DNA of 63,687 nucleotides, filler included, from Phoronis australis (GCA_002633005.1; 8 parts of 8 records of this genome joined end to end with filler, not necessarily neighbours in it); one strand, 5' to 3'. Positions 1 to 14,660 are shown, counted from the first letter of the whole stretch. The notes: generated from the letters alone by a model not told the origin. Numbers and translations are program-made.

Positions 1-39
1 TGACATTTACACAACTTCGAAGCACAGTTCGATCGCTTG

Positions 40-2576
40 TTTTGCACCCACATATTTATGTGTGGACGCATTATGCCGTCATCTCCGTTCGTCCAGGCGA
101 CGTCCGTCCAGCGTCCAATGCTCTATCTCCAAAACCGATTGTCATATGTTCATGTGTACCTTTCATGGATGGGATGGCATGAGCGAACTTTCGGACTGAT
201 CCGAATACCGTTGCGCCCCCTTGTGGCAATTTTAGTTTTTTACGTTAACCTCAGTCTGTATCTTCAATGGTCCTCAACATATTTTCACAAAATTTGGTAT
301 ATAGGCATCTATTAGTGAGACAACGGTATCCTTCCATTTTCAGATGGATTTGACGTAGTTTGCGCTACCTTGTGGCCATTTTTACTGCTTTTGAGTCTGT
401 TTTTAGCATTCACCCTTCTATCAACCAAACCGCTCTAAGCATGATTATGAAAATTGGTATGTATGATCTTACTTTGAAGAGAACGGTTGACAATGGTTTT
501 TCTGACGACTTCGACTACTGTGGCGCTTCCTAGTGGCAGTTTTTTTTTGAGCCTATGGCTATATCTCCTAAACTGTTTGCAGGCAGGATCTTTACTAAAT
601 TTAGTTCATTTATATGATGACGACAACAGACGACAACAACTTTCGGACAGATCTGACTACTGGTATGCCAGCTAGTGGCAACTTCATCAAGCTATTTTCA
701 TAAGATTTGGTGTACAGGCTTCTGTTAGTGAGGTGACGCTATCTTTCTGTTTTCAAATGGATTCAACCTAGTTTGCGCCACCTAGTGGCCATATTTACTG
801 CTTTTGTCTCTGTTTTTTTGGCGTGCACCCCTCTTTCAACCAAACCGCTTTCAGGATAATTTTGAAAATTGGCATGTATATTTTTACTATGAAGTGGACA
901 GCTGACGATGATTTTCTGATGACTTCGACTACTGTAGCGCCTCCTAGTGGCATCTTTGTTTTTTGCGCCCATGGCGATATCCTAAACCGTTTGTAGGATC
1001 TTTCCTAATAAGTGTGTTTATATGATGTTGACAACGGACGACGATGATTTTCAGATGGATCTGGCCTCTGGTGTGCCCCCTGGTAGCAATTTTACGTTTA
1101 CCTCTGTATCTTCAAAGCTCCTCAGCAGATTTTCATGAAATTTTGAATACAGGCATCTATAGACGTAATTCACGCCGACAGGAGGCGCGTTCCAAAGCGA
1201 GGCTCGCTACGATAGCTCTGTTGGCTCATCGGCTTAGTTGTATTCAGCATTGGTCGAACAGCTGGAAAAAATACAGACACTCGAGTGTCTGCTTTACAAT
1301 CCAGGACGTTGAGATTCGGAAGCATTGTGTTGTTGTCTTACGCCGTGACGAAGGAAAATATGTCCGTGTAAAATTTATAAATGTTTTCGAAAAGTTGGAT
1401 CATATATTTTTGTCGCATCTCGGTTGCCAAGCATCATAGCAGCAACCTGAGAATCTTTGGCCATCTAGTCTGTGTTTTCATGACTGTGGATGCATTTTTT
1501 TCCAAAAAGGACAGGGCCCTCAATCCCTCTATTTTGGGGCCGAATATCTGCCCTATTTCCTCTCATAAATATTGAAAAATCACGCAAAATTCCCCTCCCA
1601 CAAGGCCTAAAAATTCCCCTAGTTGTTGAAAATTTCTCTCTGAAGTTCAAATCACCTCTAACCGCACAGGTGACAATTTGAAATAACACAAAATGTTACT
1701 TTAAATTAAGACAGAGACTATGAGAGCTTGCAACAGGGCGGGGGTGCCACTGCATGGTGACCGGGAGGTAGATTTTTCCCCTCACTCAGCAAAAAAAAAA
1801 TCCCCTCTCAGAAGGCACAGGCACCTTTCCCCTCGGATGAATGAGGCTCCTGAAAAAACGTGATAACTATGCTTGCTCTGTCCAGTAAACTGAAATTGAG
1901 TTCTAAAATGAGGCTATGCTTTGGACGAACAAATTAGGTGTTTTAATTTTAAAATTCAACTTGGTCCATATTGATACACATGAAATAGACATGAAATATC
2001 GCAGTGAGCCTCGCTTTGGATTTTAATGTCCGCCACGTGAATTAGGTATATTGGTGAGATGACACTTTCCTCCCATTTTCGGATGGAATCAAGGTATTTT
2101 GCGCCACCTAGTGGCCATTTTTGCTCTTTTCTAGTCTGTTCTTTTTGGCGTCTACCACTCTATTAACCAAATCATTCCAAGGATGGTTTTGAAAATTGAC
2201 GTTTATGTTCTCAGTGTGAAGAGAATGGTTGACGAAGAGGACAGTTAACGAGGACAACTTTGACTACTGTGGCACCTCCTAGTGGTTGTTTTGTTTTGCG
2301 TCCATAGCTGTATCTCGTAAACCCACTGCAGGATCTTTATTAAATTTAATTTGTAAGACAATTAGTGTATTTTATATGAAGCTAACAACAGACAATGGCG
2401 ACTTTCAGGCGGAATCAATGAACAGTGTGCCCCATAGTGGCAATTTCATTTTATTCTGTTTTCCTTTGTTTCTCTGAAGTTCCATGACAGATTTCTATTA
2501 AATTTAGTGGTCATTTGTATGACACAGTTTGTGATGCATTTGTTTGTGCATTTCAACGCTTGGCATTGCTCTTGTT
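40..2576 (+). mobile_element. Non-autonomous Helentron/DINE-1 (HINE)-like element with an internal ~150-bp tandem array; interrupted by a second element at 1161-2049
   Basis: 5' end TTTTGCACCCACATATTTATGTGTGGACGCA hairpin followed by a CGTC-type microsatellite. 3' end GTGCATTTCAACGCTTGGCATTGCTCTTGTT. Both ends match the copy at 7427-7735. The internal monomers repeat as an A-B-C trimer. Confidence 0.7.
1161..2049. mobile_element. Non-autonomous TIR DNA transposon, ISL2EU-like (AT target-site duplication)
   Basis: Imperfect TIRs AGACGTAATTCACG...TCCAAAGCGAGGCTCGCTACGATA and TATCGCAGTGAGCCTCGCTTTGGA...CGTGAATTAGGTAT. AT flanks at 1159-1160 and 2050-2051. Removing the element restores AGGCATCTATTGGTGAGA, matching the uninterrupted monomer at ~303-320. 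Confidence 0.65.
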
Positions 2577-3242
2577 ATACGATGGAAGAAGAACAACTCG
2601 GGGAACGAAACTGGCCAATATAGGCAACAGGTGATGGCGCCGAAAGCTGACCATAAAGAGCTCACCCAAATTTTAGCAGCAGAATGAATGACAGAACGCC
2701 AATTTTTTCAACACCAGTAAATAATTTAGTCATGTTTAGTCAAGGAATTGTAATTTTTAATGACACTTATTTTGTGTCAGATTTTATTTTATCAATTTTT
2801 ACCCACATTGGTGCAACGGCCGCTGTATACTTAGTGTACAGCTTGCATCAAGACTAGGCTACGCAGTCGGGGCCCTTTCCTATCTGCCAGGTGCCGAGAA
2901 CGGCAATCTTCCACTAATATTCAACACTGCACGGCAGTAAACTTGTATTAGGAACTTTTGAGATCCGAGATCGCAGATGAATTATACACATTAAGCACAG
3001 TTTTGTAGTTATATATATAATAAGCTTAATTTATCTCGTTGCCTTCACCCACAATACAGCCTCAGTGACGTGAAACGCGCGTTAGCCAATAGGAATTCAA
3101 ATTGAAAAAAAGCTTTTTTTACAAAAATGTGAAAGAATAACAAAGATGTGATTCCTGATATAGACTTTATTCCTAAATTAAATTACATCAAAAATGCATG
3201 TTATTGTACTTCAGGAACCTTTTAATTTAAATATAAATTTGA

Positions 3243-3509
<267 letters not shown>

Positions 3510-4221
3510 TGATTATTTTTCTCCTTTGGCCAAATGCACCAATCAGTGAGTTTCTGGGTACTTGCCCATTCTTGAACTAGAAATCCTATATAAGTACGGT
3601 TTAGTGACATCATCAGACAACATGACAATAGTTTTATTAAATCCTGAACGAAAGTCTTTTTTTTTTTTAAATTTCATTTTCAACCAATGTTTCTCTAATT
3701 GCATCCAATTTTTAAAAGGTCCTTAGAAATAAATGGCACAAGCAAATACAGTTCTGAAAAAACTTAGCATTGAAAGATTTAATGATTAACTAGAATCAAA
3801 TTCTCAGATATTATGTAATTGATCACGACATTACAACTGTTTGGTACGTATTCCACTCAAAACTGTTTTAATAAATTAATAAAACATCAAAGTTTTTTGG
3901 GTTTTTATCAGAAGTCAAACGTGTTAAACAATTACAAGTTTCTGTCCTTGACATTTCATTTTTTGCAGCCAGTATTTTTTTACCCTGCATACATAGCTGA
4001 TGTCAGTGTTCTCCACTACCTGTTTTGACTCGACGCGGTAATGAGTTTGGATTTTGCCGCGTCGAGTTTGGGGAAAGCGTGTCAAGTTTAAAAAATTGCC
4101 GTGCCAGGTTTAAAACCTTCAAGTTGGCTGACGTGGTACTGCAGCCCTCAACATCTAATCAGAGCCTGATTTTACAAACAGTAAACATATAATTCACTTT
4201 CATATGAGGCAGTTAAACAGC

Positions 4222-5285
4222 ACTGTATTCGCTGTATTAAGGCGCCCTGGGCGGGGGCACTAATTGTAACCCAAGGAGGTTGATACCCGGTCTCCCAAAT
4301 GGATGAAATCGGAAGCTAGGTTTCGTCTAATTTACGCTATGTGATGTATCTGTAGCTTGTGACAGGCATTCAATTAAACAACAAAACTGTGACGCATAGC
4401 TATCAAACTTCGTCATTGTTAAATTACGATCATTCTACAGAAAATTGTGCGGAAATCCCAGGGCAAAACTCTCCGACTACACCGCTGCCTAGCGATCGTC
4501 GACTGGGCAGCTTGAATAAAAATATAGTTTCGACTCAACAAATTACCTGAAATCCTCATTTAAGTTTTCCAAACAGCGTCCTTAAGATTTTAAGTTCCTG
4601 TGGAGTCGGTATTATGAAGAAGATAGGCTTAAATCTGCGCAAGATCGTATCCAGCAACGTGAGAAAAATCTCTGGATGAACGCACATGTCGTAGTCACGT
4701 GACCTGTGTTTTGAAGATCGTTGTGTGTGTGAGTTAGCGAGCGTGTGCGTGTCATCAGCGTTCATTTGCTGGAGGTGTGCATTGTAACTAAAGAAGTAAC
4801 ACAAGCAGTGTCACAAGAATGCATTTTATTTAGCACTGGCTGATCACGTCTACAATTAAAACCTGCGAGAATTGTCTAAGTAAGGTGGAATGTCATTGAG
4901 TCGCCGGATGACTGGATGTGTGACAATCTGAGTTATTTTCCGAGAGATTCGGGGGCGGAGGTGTCCACTATCAGTAAGGCATTATATCAGATATTTTACT
5001 TTAAAAACACCAACTATGAATACATTGAAAAAGTGATTAATAAAGCAATCTCTCTTAAAAACAATGCAACAGTTTTTACGGCATTAGAACTTTTCTGAAA
5101 TTAGTGCTCGATATTTATTTCTTGCCCATATGGCTACCCGGCGTAGTTTCATCGTTAGTTCCCCACGACTAACGTCTGCGATGTCAAGTGACAGGTATGT
5201 AGCGCGCGCTTCCTGGTCACGTGCTTTTAACAACAAATTTTTTATTCGTGAGACAGTCATCAGCGGTTTTCATGTGTAGGCCCTT
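4222..5285 (-). mobile_element. Partial inverted copy of the pogo/mariner-like element at 12195-13654
   Basis: Starts with a similar TIR (ACTGTATTCGCTGTATTAA). Collinear reverse-complement similarity to ~12575-13654, e.g. GTATGTAGCGCGCGCTTCCTGG vs CCAGGAAGCGCGCGCTACATAC. Confidence 0.7.
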
Positions 5286-7426
5286 CAGTGTTAAAAAGTA
5301 GGTCACACCTGACCAGTTCAATGTATGTTTTTTTCTCCTGCGGAGATGTTTTAAAAGGCTATAAGAGAAAAGGTAGTGTTGACTACTGATACTGAACTCT
5401 AGAAATTTGCGTAGAGTTTGGAATTGGTATTGTGGAGAACACTGGATGTGATAATTGCTCTGTTCCACTAATTTTGGAATATCAAGGGCAGCAACACCGG
5501 TTGATGTAGAGAAGCATTGTCCAACTACAAGAACCACTGAATGGCCCGATGTCCTAATGATATGCAGTCTTGGTATTTGTCTGGTTGCTGAGATTGGCTG
5601 CCCCATGATTCCATGAAGCAACTAAGCTAACATTTGGGGTTTTAGTTATATATACACAGTGTGTAATATAACTAGCCCATTTTCCTTCACATTTTAATAT
5701 AGTTTTAGCCATTGTGCCCAACATATCGTCTTCACAGCTAACACATACCTGCTACTCAGGTTATGTCAGAGTTGGTGACAACTGTGTCGCGTAGATTTAT
5801 TGTTGTAGCTGTGTTCTGTTTTGATCTAATCATCATCCTTAATCTTCCATATCGCCTTACATTTCATTGAACGCTTAATTGCAATGTAACCTTCGTCCAT
5901 GGCAAGGTATTATGCTTTTCTGACCCAAGTGTGAAAAGTTCTGGGTCTTTCTTTTTTATCATGCTGCGCATGAGCTTTTTGCTTCGTAAGATGTGTAATG
6001 CTGACTTACTCCCTGATGTAATCCCATAATTGTCTCGGAGGGATTATAAACATATTTGTTCTCTGGTACACGCATTCAGCCAGGATGTCGCCGTATGTCA
6101 AGTTCGTCCAGTGTCAGACAATTTCTCAAGGCACAAAACAGAACAAGTTAACTATATAATATATATTATCTCTCAAACACACACACACACAAAACACAAA
6201 CTTATAGTAATGATTGTCGATACGAGAATTGCTGTAGTTCACAAGGGTCTCAGTGTCTCTTTATGGTCCTACACGTGCCACAACTTAGTCTTCTTGGCAT
6301 CAGAGATTTTCACTGCTTGACAAATATTACGCCGCCCAGCTTGACCAGCCTCTTGCGGACAAATATTACGCCGCCCAGCTTGACCTGCATCTGTGGATCA
6401 GCTGTATGGGTCACCCAGAAATTACACAAGTGCAGTAACAAGTAAGTCAACCCACTCAATAACCAACCATAGCATAAACATATATTCGAATTATATCTAG
6501 AAGGAATGCTAAGGCACGTATCGCTCAGGTAAATTAAACTGACTAGCACAACATATGTACAAACAAATATTTGATACAAAACACACTTGCACGTTCCAAA
6601 GCGTTTTGACTGGTATCGGGACCATGTGCTTCAAATATAAAGTAAGAGCTTGGCAAAGCACAACTGCTCTCCGCCCAAACTATTGGTAGACTGCCAAGTA
6701 ACACGTGTATACCAGCATAATTGTGACTGCTACCTGCATTTGCAAAACGAGCACATTTGCGTAACAATACGAAGGGGTTAGCTCTGCATAGACCAACTAA
6801 CAACAGCAATCTCTTGATTTTAAAGTCATATAACCAAATTGTGACACCGTGGGTCCGACGAATCTCCATTCATTGCCAACCGGTCTCCCAATACACGCAG
6901 GGACCCTGTACTTTAATTGGTTCATTAGACCACAACGTCTTTGTGAATAAGCGTTTGATGTTGGACTGAGTAAGTGGTGCCCACCGAGAACGTGCTACTG
7001 ACTTCGGTGACGCTAGACCGTATCAAGGCACAATGACTTGTAGGATATTACATGCACGTGGAAGTGTCGTGTAGTATTTGAACTTTGTTGTCTCTAACAT
7101 GTAATTTTGAAAATCTGTGATTTGAAATATGCACCCGTCACTGCAGGTAAGTTTCCTGTGGCAACGGTACGTCTTGGGTCACAACATTTGCGCCGATTAG
7201 AATGAACGCCACCTAAAGTTTTTTCGGTGTTAAATGGGGTTCCTGATGGGGCCTACGATAGCAATTGGCATAATTAGCTAATGCCAGGAGTAAAGGAAGG
7301 GTTGATATGTTTGTGTGGGTCAATGATACACATATTTAACATGTTCAAAAGTCATTTGGCCGTTATATGGGGTCTTTAAGATATCCTAGATCCACCACTG
7401 CATTCTCAAAAATTTGAGTCCTCTCA

Positions 7427-7735
7427 TTTTTATGCGCCCACATATTTATATGTGGACGCATTATGCCGTCATCTCCGTCCGTCCGTCCGTCCGGGCGGCG
7501 TCNCGGAATCCTGACCACAGCACCCACAATGCACCATATTAACCTAATTTCAATATGGCGTCGCTGCAAATCCGCTATTGAGGAGACAATGACCATGCCT
7601 TTCCATTTTGCTAAGTACAACATACTACATATATGCCCTCTACTGGCCACTTTGTGGTACCAATAAACAACCCTAGAAGGATACCGTATGCGGTGCAATT
7701 GTGGGCGCATTTCAACGCTCTGCGTTGCTCTTGTT
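7427..7735 (+). mobile_element. Non-autonomous Helentron/DINE-1-like element (internally collapsed at n7503)
   Basis: Sub-terminal IR ATGCGCCCACA (7432-7442) / TGTGGGCGCAT (7700-7710), (CCGT)n microsatellite, 3' hairpin CAACGC-TCT-GCGTTG, T-rich ends. Confidence 0.75.
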
Positions 7736-8309
7736 AGGCTGATTTTCTCTATGCTCCAAAATGCTTGAAGAGTCATGATGAAATGGTGCTTCTGTTGAAG
7801 AGAAAAGTGCTGACTTGCGTTGTGTTTCCTTGTTTTAAGTTTACTCCCATTGCTCCCTTCAATGAGAATGTTTAAAATAATGATCATCTGTGGTATCTGC
7901 ACGATGTAGAGGACCCTAGATATAATGTTACAGAAATGTTTGACATACGTCTGTTTACACTTATGATATATTTTTAAAGTGGGCTATCAAAAATAGTTTT
8001 TTATGTTTTTGTCAAAAAACAAAAGTTGCATAAGACGAAAAGGAAGTCATATTTTAGAAAAAAGTGGCAGTGTTTTAGTGTTTTTGAGATTTTGTCCTGA
8101 ACACTGAATGAAATGTGATTGTGTTATTGATACCCTTGTTTTGTTGTGAGAGTGGATTGAAATTTGATAATTTTACTGAAACAGACATGAGAACGTGACA
8201 CAATTAATGACAGAAAGACATCCAAGTTAAAAATCAAAGTCTACAGGCTTTCCATGTGTAGAAAATATACTTTTACAAAGTTTAATTTTATAGTAAGTGT
8301 TTGGCTAAA

Positions 8310-8655
8310 TCTGACGATGTATTTTTAAGGCCCAACATAACCTTAACGTCTGTGTCATAACATAATACCCTGTCTAAATGTACAGACATGTCTATAAGGC
8401 TCAGCATATCCTTAATAATATAAGTGTCTATGATCCCCAATATGACCTTAAATTGCTCTGCCATAACACAATCCTGTCTAAATGTACTGACATGTCTAGA
8501 AGGCCCAACATAACGATAACATGTAGAGGTGTTTCTGAGGCCCATCATAACCTTAATGGCTCTGTTGTAAGGCAATTCTGTCTTAATGTATAGAATCTTA
8601 TCGTTTAAAGGCCAACATAATCTTAATGTATATAGACGTGTCTATTATGAGTAAG
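8310..8655. repeat. Degenerate minisatellite (~38-40 bp unit, AAGGCCCAACATAACCTTAA core)
   Basis: Recurrent AGGCCCAACATAACCTTAA / TGTACAGACATGTCTA motifs. Confidence 0.7.
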
Positions 8656-8923
8656 GATGGTATTATGCAGTAAAAGAACTGATGAGACCATCCAACTGTG
8701 TTCTGATCTGATCGCAGTAAGGAAAGCTGCATATCTTTCACAGCAATCAGTGGAAATTTTATTTCACTCAGCCAAGTTGCACTGTCTCGTTTTGACAAGG
8801 CAAAGTAATCTTGGCTACAACTTTATGGCTGAACACTGAATCTTCACATTTGCTTGTTTCTGTTGGAAAGTATTTGACCAAGTCACCTTTGGACATAATT
8901 ATAGTTCTTCCCTGTTGCACTAG

Positions 8924-9610
<687 letters not shown>

Positions 9611-10106
9611 AGTTCAGTATACTGTGGACTAAACTCTAACTTGTGGTTTATTGTTACTTGAAGGCTAGCAAAAACTATTGGTACTATAAATTTGTGTAAA
9701 ATGGAAATCACTAAATTTAGGAAACCACAAATTTTACACATTCAAAACTAATTAAATTTTCATTTATGCTTGCTTGGTCTCTATATTTTTGCTGTCTTTG
9801 CATGACTGTATATTAGCAGCGCTTGACTGATTGCCCGATCCAGTGGGTCAACCAGCTAAGTCATGGGATTGGTCTGTAAGCCAGAGGTGCTGATGGAGAA
9901 CCAATCGGTTTTGTTTTCTGGTTGAGTCAGCAGATCTGGCAAAGTCAGTCAAGTGCAGCCATTAAATCCTACTGACAGATACTAGAAACTGTTATTAGCC
10001 TGGTTGCTTTTAGTGTTATATTGCTTAATTTTGACACTATTTTGTCTTTATGCTGTTGCAGTGTTGCAACACTCCTTTCTGTAGCTTACTTTTTGTTCCT
10101 CTACAG

Positions 10107-10258
10107 GCCAATGTGTCCATCCGGCGACTGACCAAGTTCCTGAGTCACAATGAGCTTGATGAGACCATCGTTCAGCAAGACACTGATGTGACGGACCCTG
10201 TAGTAATTCAAGATGGCTCCTTCACCTGGGGCGACAGTGAGACACCTATTTTAGACAG
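10107..10258 (+). CDS. ABCC1: ABCC1/MRP1-like exon (ANVSIRRLTKFLSHNEL...IQDGSFTWG...PILD)
   Basis: CTACAG acceptor and GTATTT donor; 152 nt, phase 0/2. TMD1-NBD1 linker with the FxW motif. Confidence 0.92.
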
Positions 10259-10559
10259 GTATTTGAAACATTCCTCCAAATCATCAATTTGGTTCTTCAT
10301 CTGTGCAAACTCGTGTCTACCTGCACTTGATTCTTCCAACATGTTTGGGTTTTCATTTGGGGGTGACATTTTTTGTGATAGATAGTTTTCAAAGGATCCC
10401 ATCAAATTTAACTCTTAACTTGATGTAGAGCTCCTTATAACATTTTTATTGTGAGTTACTGGGGTATGGTGGATCGTTTTACACTACTCTGAACACACGT
10501 CACCTGCCAGAAGATTTTATGGACAGTTTAAAATCATGGGAATTCTAAAAACTACTTAA

Positions 10560-12122
10560 AGGCGAAGGCAACCTTTTTCCATGTCATTTTGAGCTAAAAT
10601 AAGGTTGATTGGTTATCCTAGACATATTTTCCACTTAATTACAGCTTTTCGTAATTTTATTAATTACTCCTCCGCTACTCCGGAAGTGACGTTTTAGGAG
10701 GCAAGCATTTCGCACCAATTTCTTTTCATATAGTCTGACTGTGAGAGCTGCCGAGTCAGTCATTGTTCTACCTCGTTTGTGTTGAGTTCCGTCGTCGTTT
10801 GCTTTCATTTACTAGTCAGTCAACATGCCACACTGTTGCTGCGCTTTGGGAGTACCTTTGCATCGCTTTCCGATGGATGACACACTTCGCCGTACTTGGC
10901 TCGTTCGTGTGAAGAACGCAGCGTTACCCGTCCACGCAACGTACAAAGCAGTGGAGAATTACCGTGTGTGTGGCAAGCACTTTCTGTCGTCCGATTACGA
11001 AAGGGATTTGTACGCTGAACTGATGAAGGTCCCTGCGAAACAATTAACGTCTGAAGAAGGATGCCATTCCGTCTGTGTTGATTCCCGGCAGTGCCCCGTC
11101 GCCACCCCCGAGAAGTGTGTTTTTGAAGCGAGAAGCCTAGCGAACTGTGGCCACTGAGTACAGTGACTGGAGCCAGTGGAGGCATTTCATCTACTGTCAC
11201 CTGTGCCTCCGAACGTACCCCAGTAGTGATTCGCCCTGTGCTGTTTTCTCCAGCCCAGAGCCTCTAAGCAGCCCTGAAGCGATATTGAGTAGTGGGAGTA
11301 ATTACAGGCTCAGTTCGACACCCAGTGAAGAGGACAGTTCGTCGTCCAGTGAACAGATCGGTGAGCCAAACTTTGATAAGTTTATTGTGGACTTGTTTAA
11401 AGTGTTGGAGCTATTTAGAAGGTGCCAGGTGTGTGGNNNNNNNNNNNNNNNNNNNNNNNNNNNNNNNNNNNNNNNNNNNNNNNNNNNNNNNNNNNNNNNN
11501 NNNNNNNNNNNNNNNNNNNNNNNNNNNNNNNNNNNNNNNNNNNNNNNNNNNNNNNNNNNNNNNNNNNNNNNNNNNNNNNNNNNNNNNNNNNNNNNNNNNN
11601 NNNNNNNNNNNNNNNNNNNNNNNNNNNNNNNNNNNNNNNNNNNNNNNNNNNNNNNNNNNNNNNNNNNNNNNNNNNNNNNNNNNNNNNNNNNNNNNNNNNN
11701 NNNNNNNNNNNNNNNNNNNNNNNNNNNNNNNNNNNNNNNNNNNNNNNNNNNNNNNNNNNNNNNNNNNNNNNNNNNNNNNNNNNNNNNNNNNNNNNNNNNN
11801 NNNNNNNNNNNNNNNNNNNNNNNNNNNNNNNNNNNNNNNNNNNNNNNNNNNNNNNNNNNNNNNNNNNNNNNNNNNNNNNNNNNNNNNNNNNNNNNNNNNN
11901 NNNNNNNNNNNNNNNAAAAGTAGAATAGAACAGATTCGCACGGTAAAGTCAACGCAAAACCAAGAGGCGGGAAACGCTTGCCTCCTAAAACGTCACTTCC
12001 GGAGTAGCGGACGAGTAATTTATAACATTACGAAAAGCTGCAATTAAGTGGAAAATATGTCTAGGATAACCAACCAACCTTATTTTAGGTCAAAATGACA
12101 TGGAAAAAGGTTGCCTTCGCCT
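10560..12122 (+). mobile_element. Kolobok-like DNA transposon (TTAA TSD, ~150-bp TIRs); interior partly an N gap
   Basis: TTAA at 10556-10559 and 12123-12126. AG...CT termini. Long TIR AGGCGAAGGCAACCTTTTTCCATGTCATTTTG...TTTTAGGAGGCAAGC mirrored at ~11976-12122. Contains a THAP-coding region. Confidence 0.8.
10825..11436 (+). pseudogene. Frameshifted THAP-domain transposase of the Kolobok-like element
   Basis: MPHCC...HRFP...W...VCGKHF THAP motifs. The AVPTIF-like box RLKKDAIPSV follows in another frame near 11048. KFIVDLFKVLELFRRCQVC lies just before the gap. Confidence 0.75.
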
Positions 12123-12194
12123 TTAAATGTTTGAGGCCATTTTGTTCACTTCAATGAGCATCTGCGTGGCATATCTGCTATGTTCTTTTGAATA

Positions 12195-13654
12195 CTGTAT
12201 TCGCCGTAATAACCGCTCATGCTTCTATAAGCACCCCTCCACGCATTTTCAGACTTTGCTAAAATATGCGCCCAGTCCATGAACATGTACGTGCGAAGAA
12301 TGCCCTACTTACAGTCCTAAAATTCTTCAGTAACGTCTTCAATTTATCAATAATATCCGACAGTTCTGAAAAAATCCACGAGCCTCGCCGCTATGTCGGT
12401 ATTTAGCTGTGACTATACAATTCAAAGTTCTGCCATGCCTTAAAACGAACGCAAAAGTTCTGCTGATATTGCGAGGACCAATGGTCTGGCCTTTCAGAAC
12501 AGAAGTAGTGTACTTGTCTACAGGATTGCTTTGTAGATATTTCCCGCTTTGAACAGGAATCCAAATTTCTTTGTAGGCCTACACATGAAAACCGCGAATC
12601 GAAGACTAATAAAAAGCTTGGCCAGTGTTAAAAGCACGTGGCCAGGAAGCGCGCGCTACATACATGAACCGTCATCAAAGACCTTAATCGGGAACTATCC
12701 ATTCACGAAACGGGTAGCATATCATCAACAAGAAATGAATATTGGCACTAATTTGCGACAGTTTCTAATACTATAAAAAATGTTTACGTTATTTTTAAGA
12801 TGAATTGTTTGATTAAGCATAATTGGTGTTTTTAAGCCAAATATCCAATAAAGGGACCACTAACAATGAATATTAACACACCCTTACACCAAAAAGATAG
12901 TCACATACGCCGCATCCAGCCACACAGCTTTTAATATGGCCTTACCGAGACAAATGTCAAACGTTTTTAGCTCATGAGACCGGCAAGTGCTGAATGAAAC
13001 TCGCTCTGGTTTAGGCCTACAGCTTGTGCAAATTTCTTTAGATAAATTGCACATCTAGCTCATTAGATTGCGTGGCTCTGGCCAAAAGACGGTATCTGCT
13101 CTGGTAAATGAACTCGCTTACTCACAAAGGCAGACAACTTCAAAACAAACGTCACGTGACAACAACATGTGTGTTCGTCCAGACATTTTCTCATGTTGAC
13201 GATCATACATGTAGATGGCACGATGTACTAGCACAGATTTGTACTTAAACCTGTCGTGATCTCGACTCCACGGGAACTTAAAAATCTTAGGGACGCTACT
13301 TGGAAAACTTAAAGAGGATTTCAGGTAATTTGCTTAAGTCGAAACTGTATTTTTATTCAAGCATTCAAGCCGCCATATCGACGATTGCGAAGCAGACAGC
13401 CGGCGAGTTTTCGCCCTGGGATTTCAGCACAATTTTCTGTAAAATGATCGTAATTTAGCAGCAAAGTTTGATAGCAATGCACCACGGTTTTGTAGAAAGT
13501 CTTTCATAGATTACAGATACGTCACAGAGCGTAAATATGATGAATCTTAGCTTTCGATTTCACCCGTTTTGGAGACCGTGTTTCAACGGCCTTGGGTTAT
13601 AATAAGCGCCCCCCTGAAATGAACTTTTCTGGGTGGTTATTACGGCGAACACGG
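12195..13654 (+). mobile_element. Non-autonomous Tc1/mariner (pogo/Tigger-like) element, TA TSD
   Basis: TA|CTGTATTCGCCGTAATAACC ... GGTTATTACGGCGAACACGG|TA; no long ORF. Confidence 0.8.
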
Positions 13655-13771
13655 TAAGTGTCATCATCCCAAATTATAATAATATCAGATCATGTTTATA
13701 AGTTATTGAAAGTTATGAGCACTGTCATGCACATGATTTAATGATGTCTTACAACATGTCATTTATTGTGA

Positions 13772-13993
<222 letters not shown>

Positions 13994-14296
13994 TAAAGAA
14001 CTTACAATTAATTTAGAGTTTGAAATGATAATGGAAATAGTGTAATTTAGATTGTAGACTAGAAAGCATTCTACGCTTTTGTCATGAATTGTGTACTGAA
14101 AAACTGTCGATTAAAAGTCACACTTTTGTTATTCATAATGTTGCTAATCTTGTATCTCCTGTCTAGCATCTGATCCTAAAGGATTCGAAGAAGTCTCATC
14201 CTTACTAACTGTAGTCTAAGCCTAAACCTGATGGCTGGGGAAGTCTTTATATATGTTAAAACATCATAAATGATAATTACTACCTCACAATTCTAG

Positions 14297-14660
<364 letters not shown>

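Noticed and set aside
5330-5620. ORF 5217-5621 (-) and a possible RLE remnant (PDV...EIGCP) on +
   Set aside because: The ORF has no recognisable content and the RLE-like motif is too short and degraded to call.
11147-12047. Long ORFs in the track across 11437-11915 (and similarly 54364-55136)
   Set aside because: Their length comes from translating N gaps; they are not evidence of proteins.
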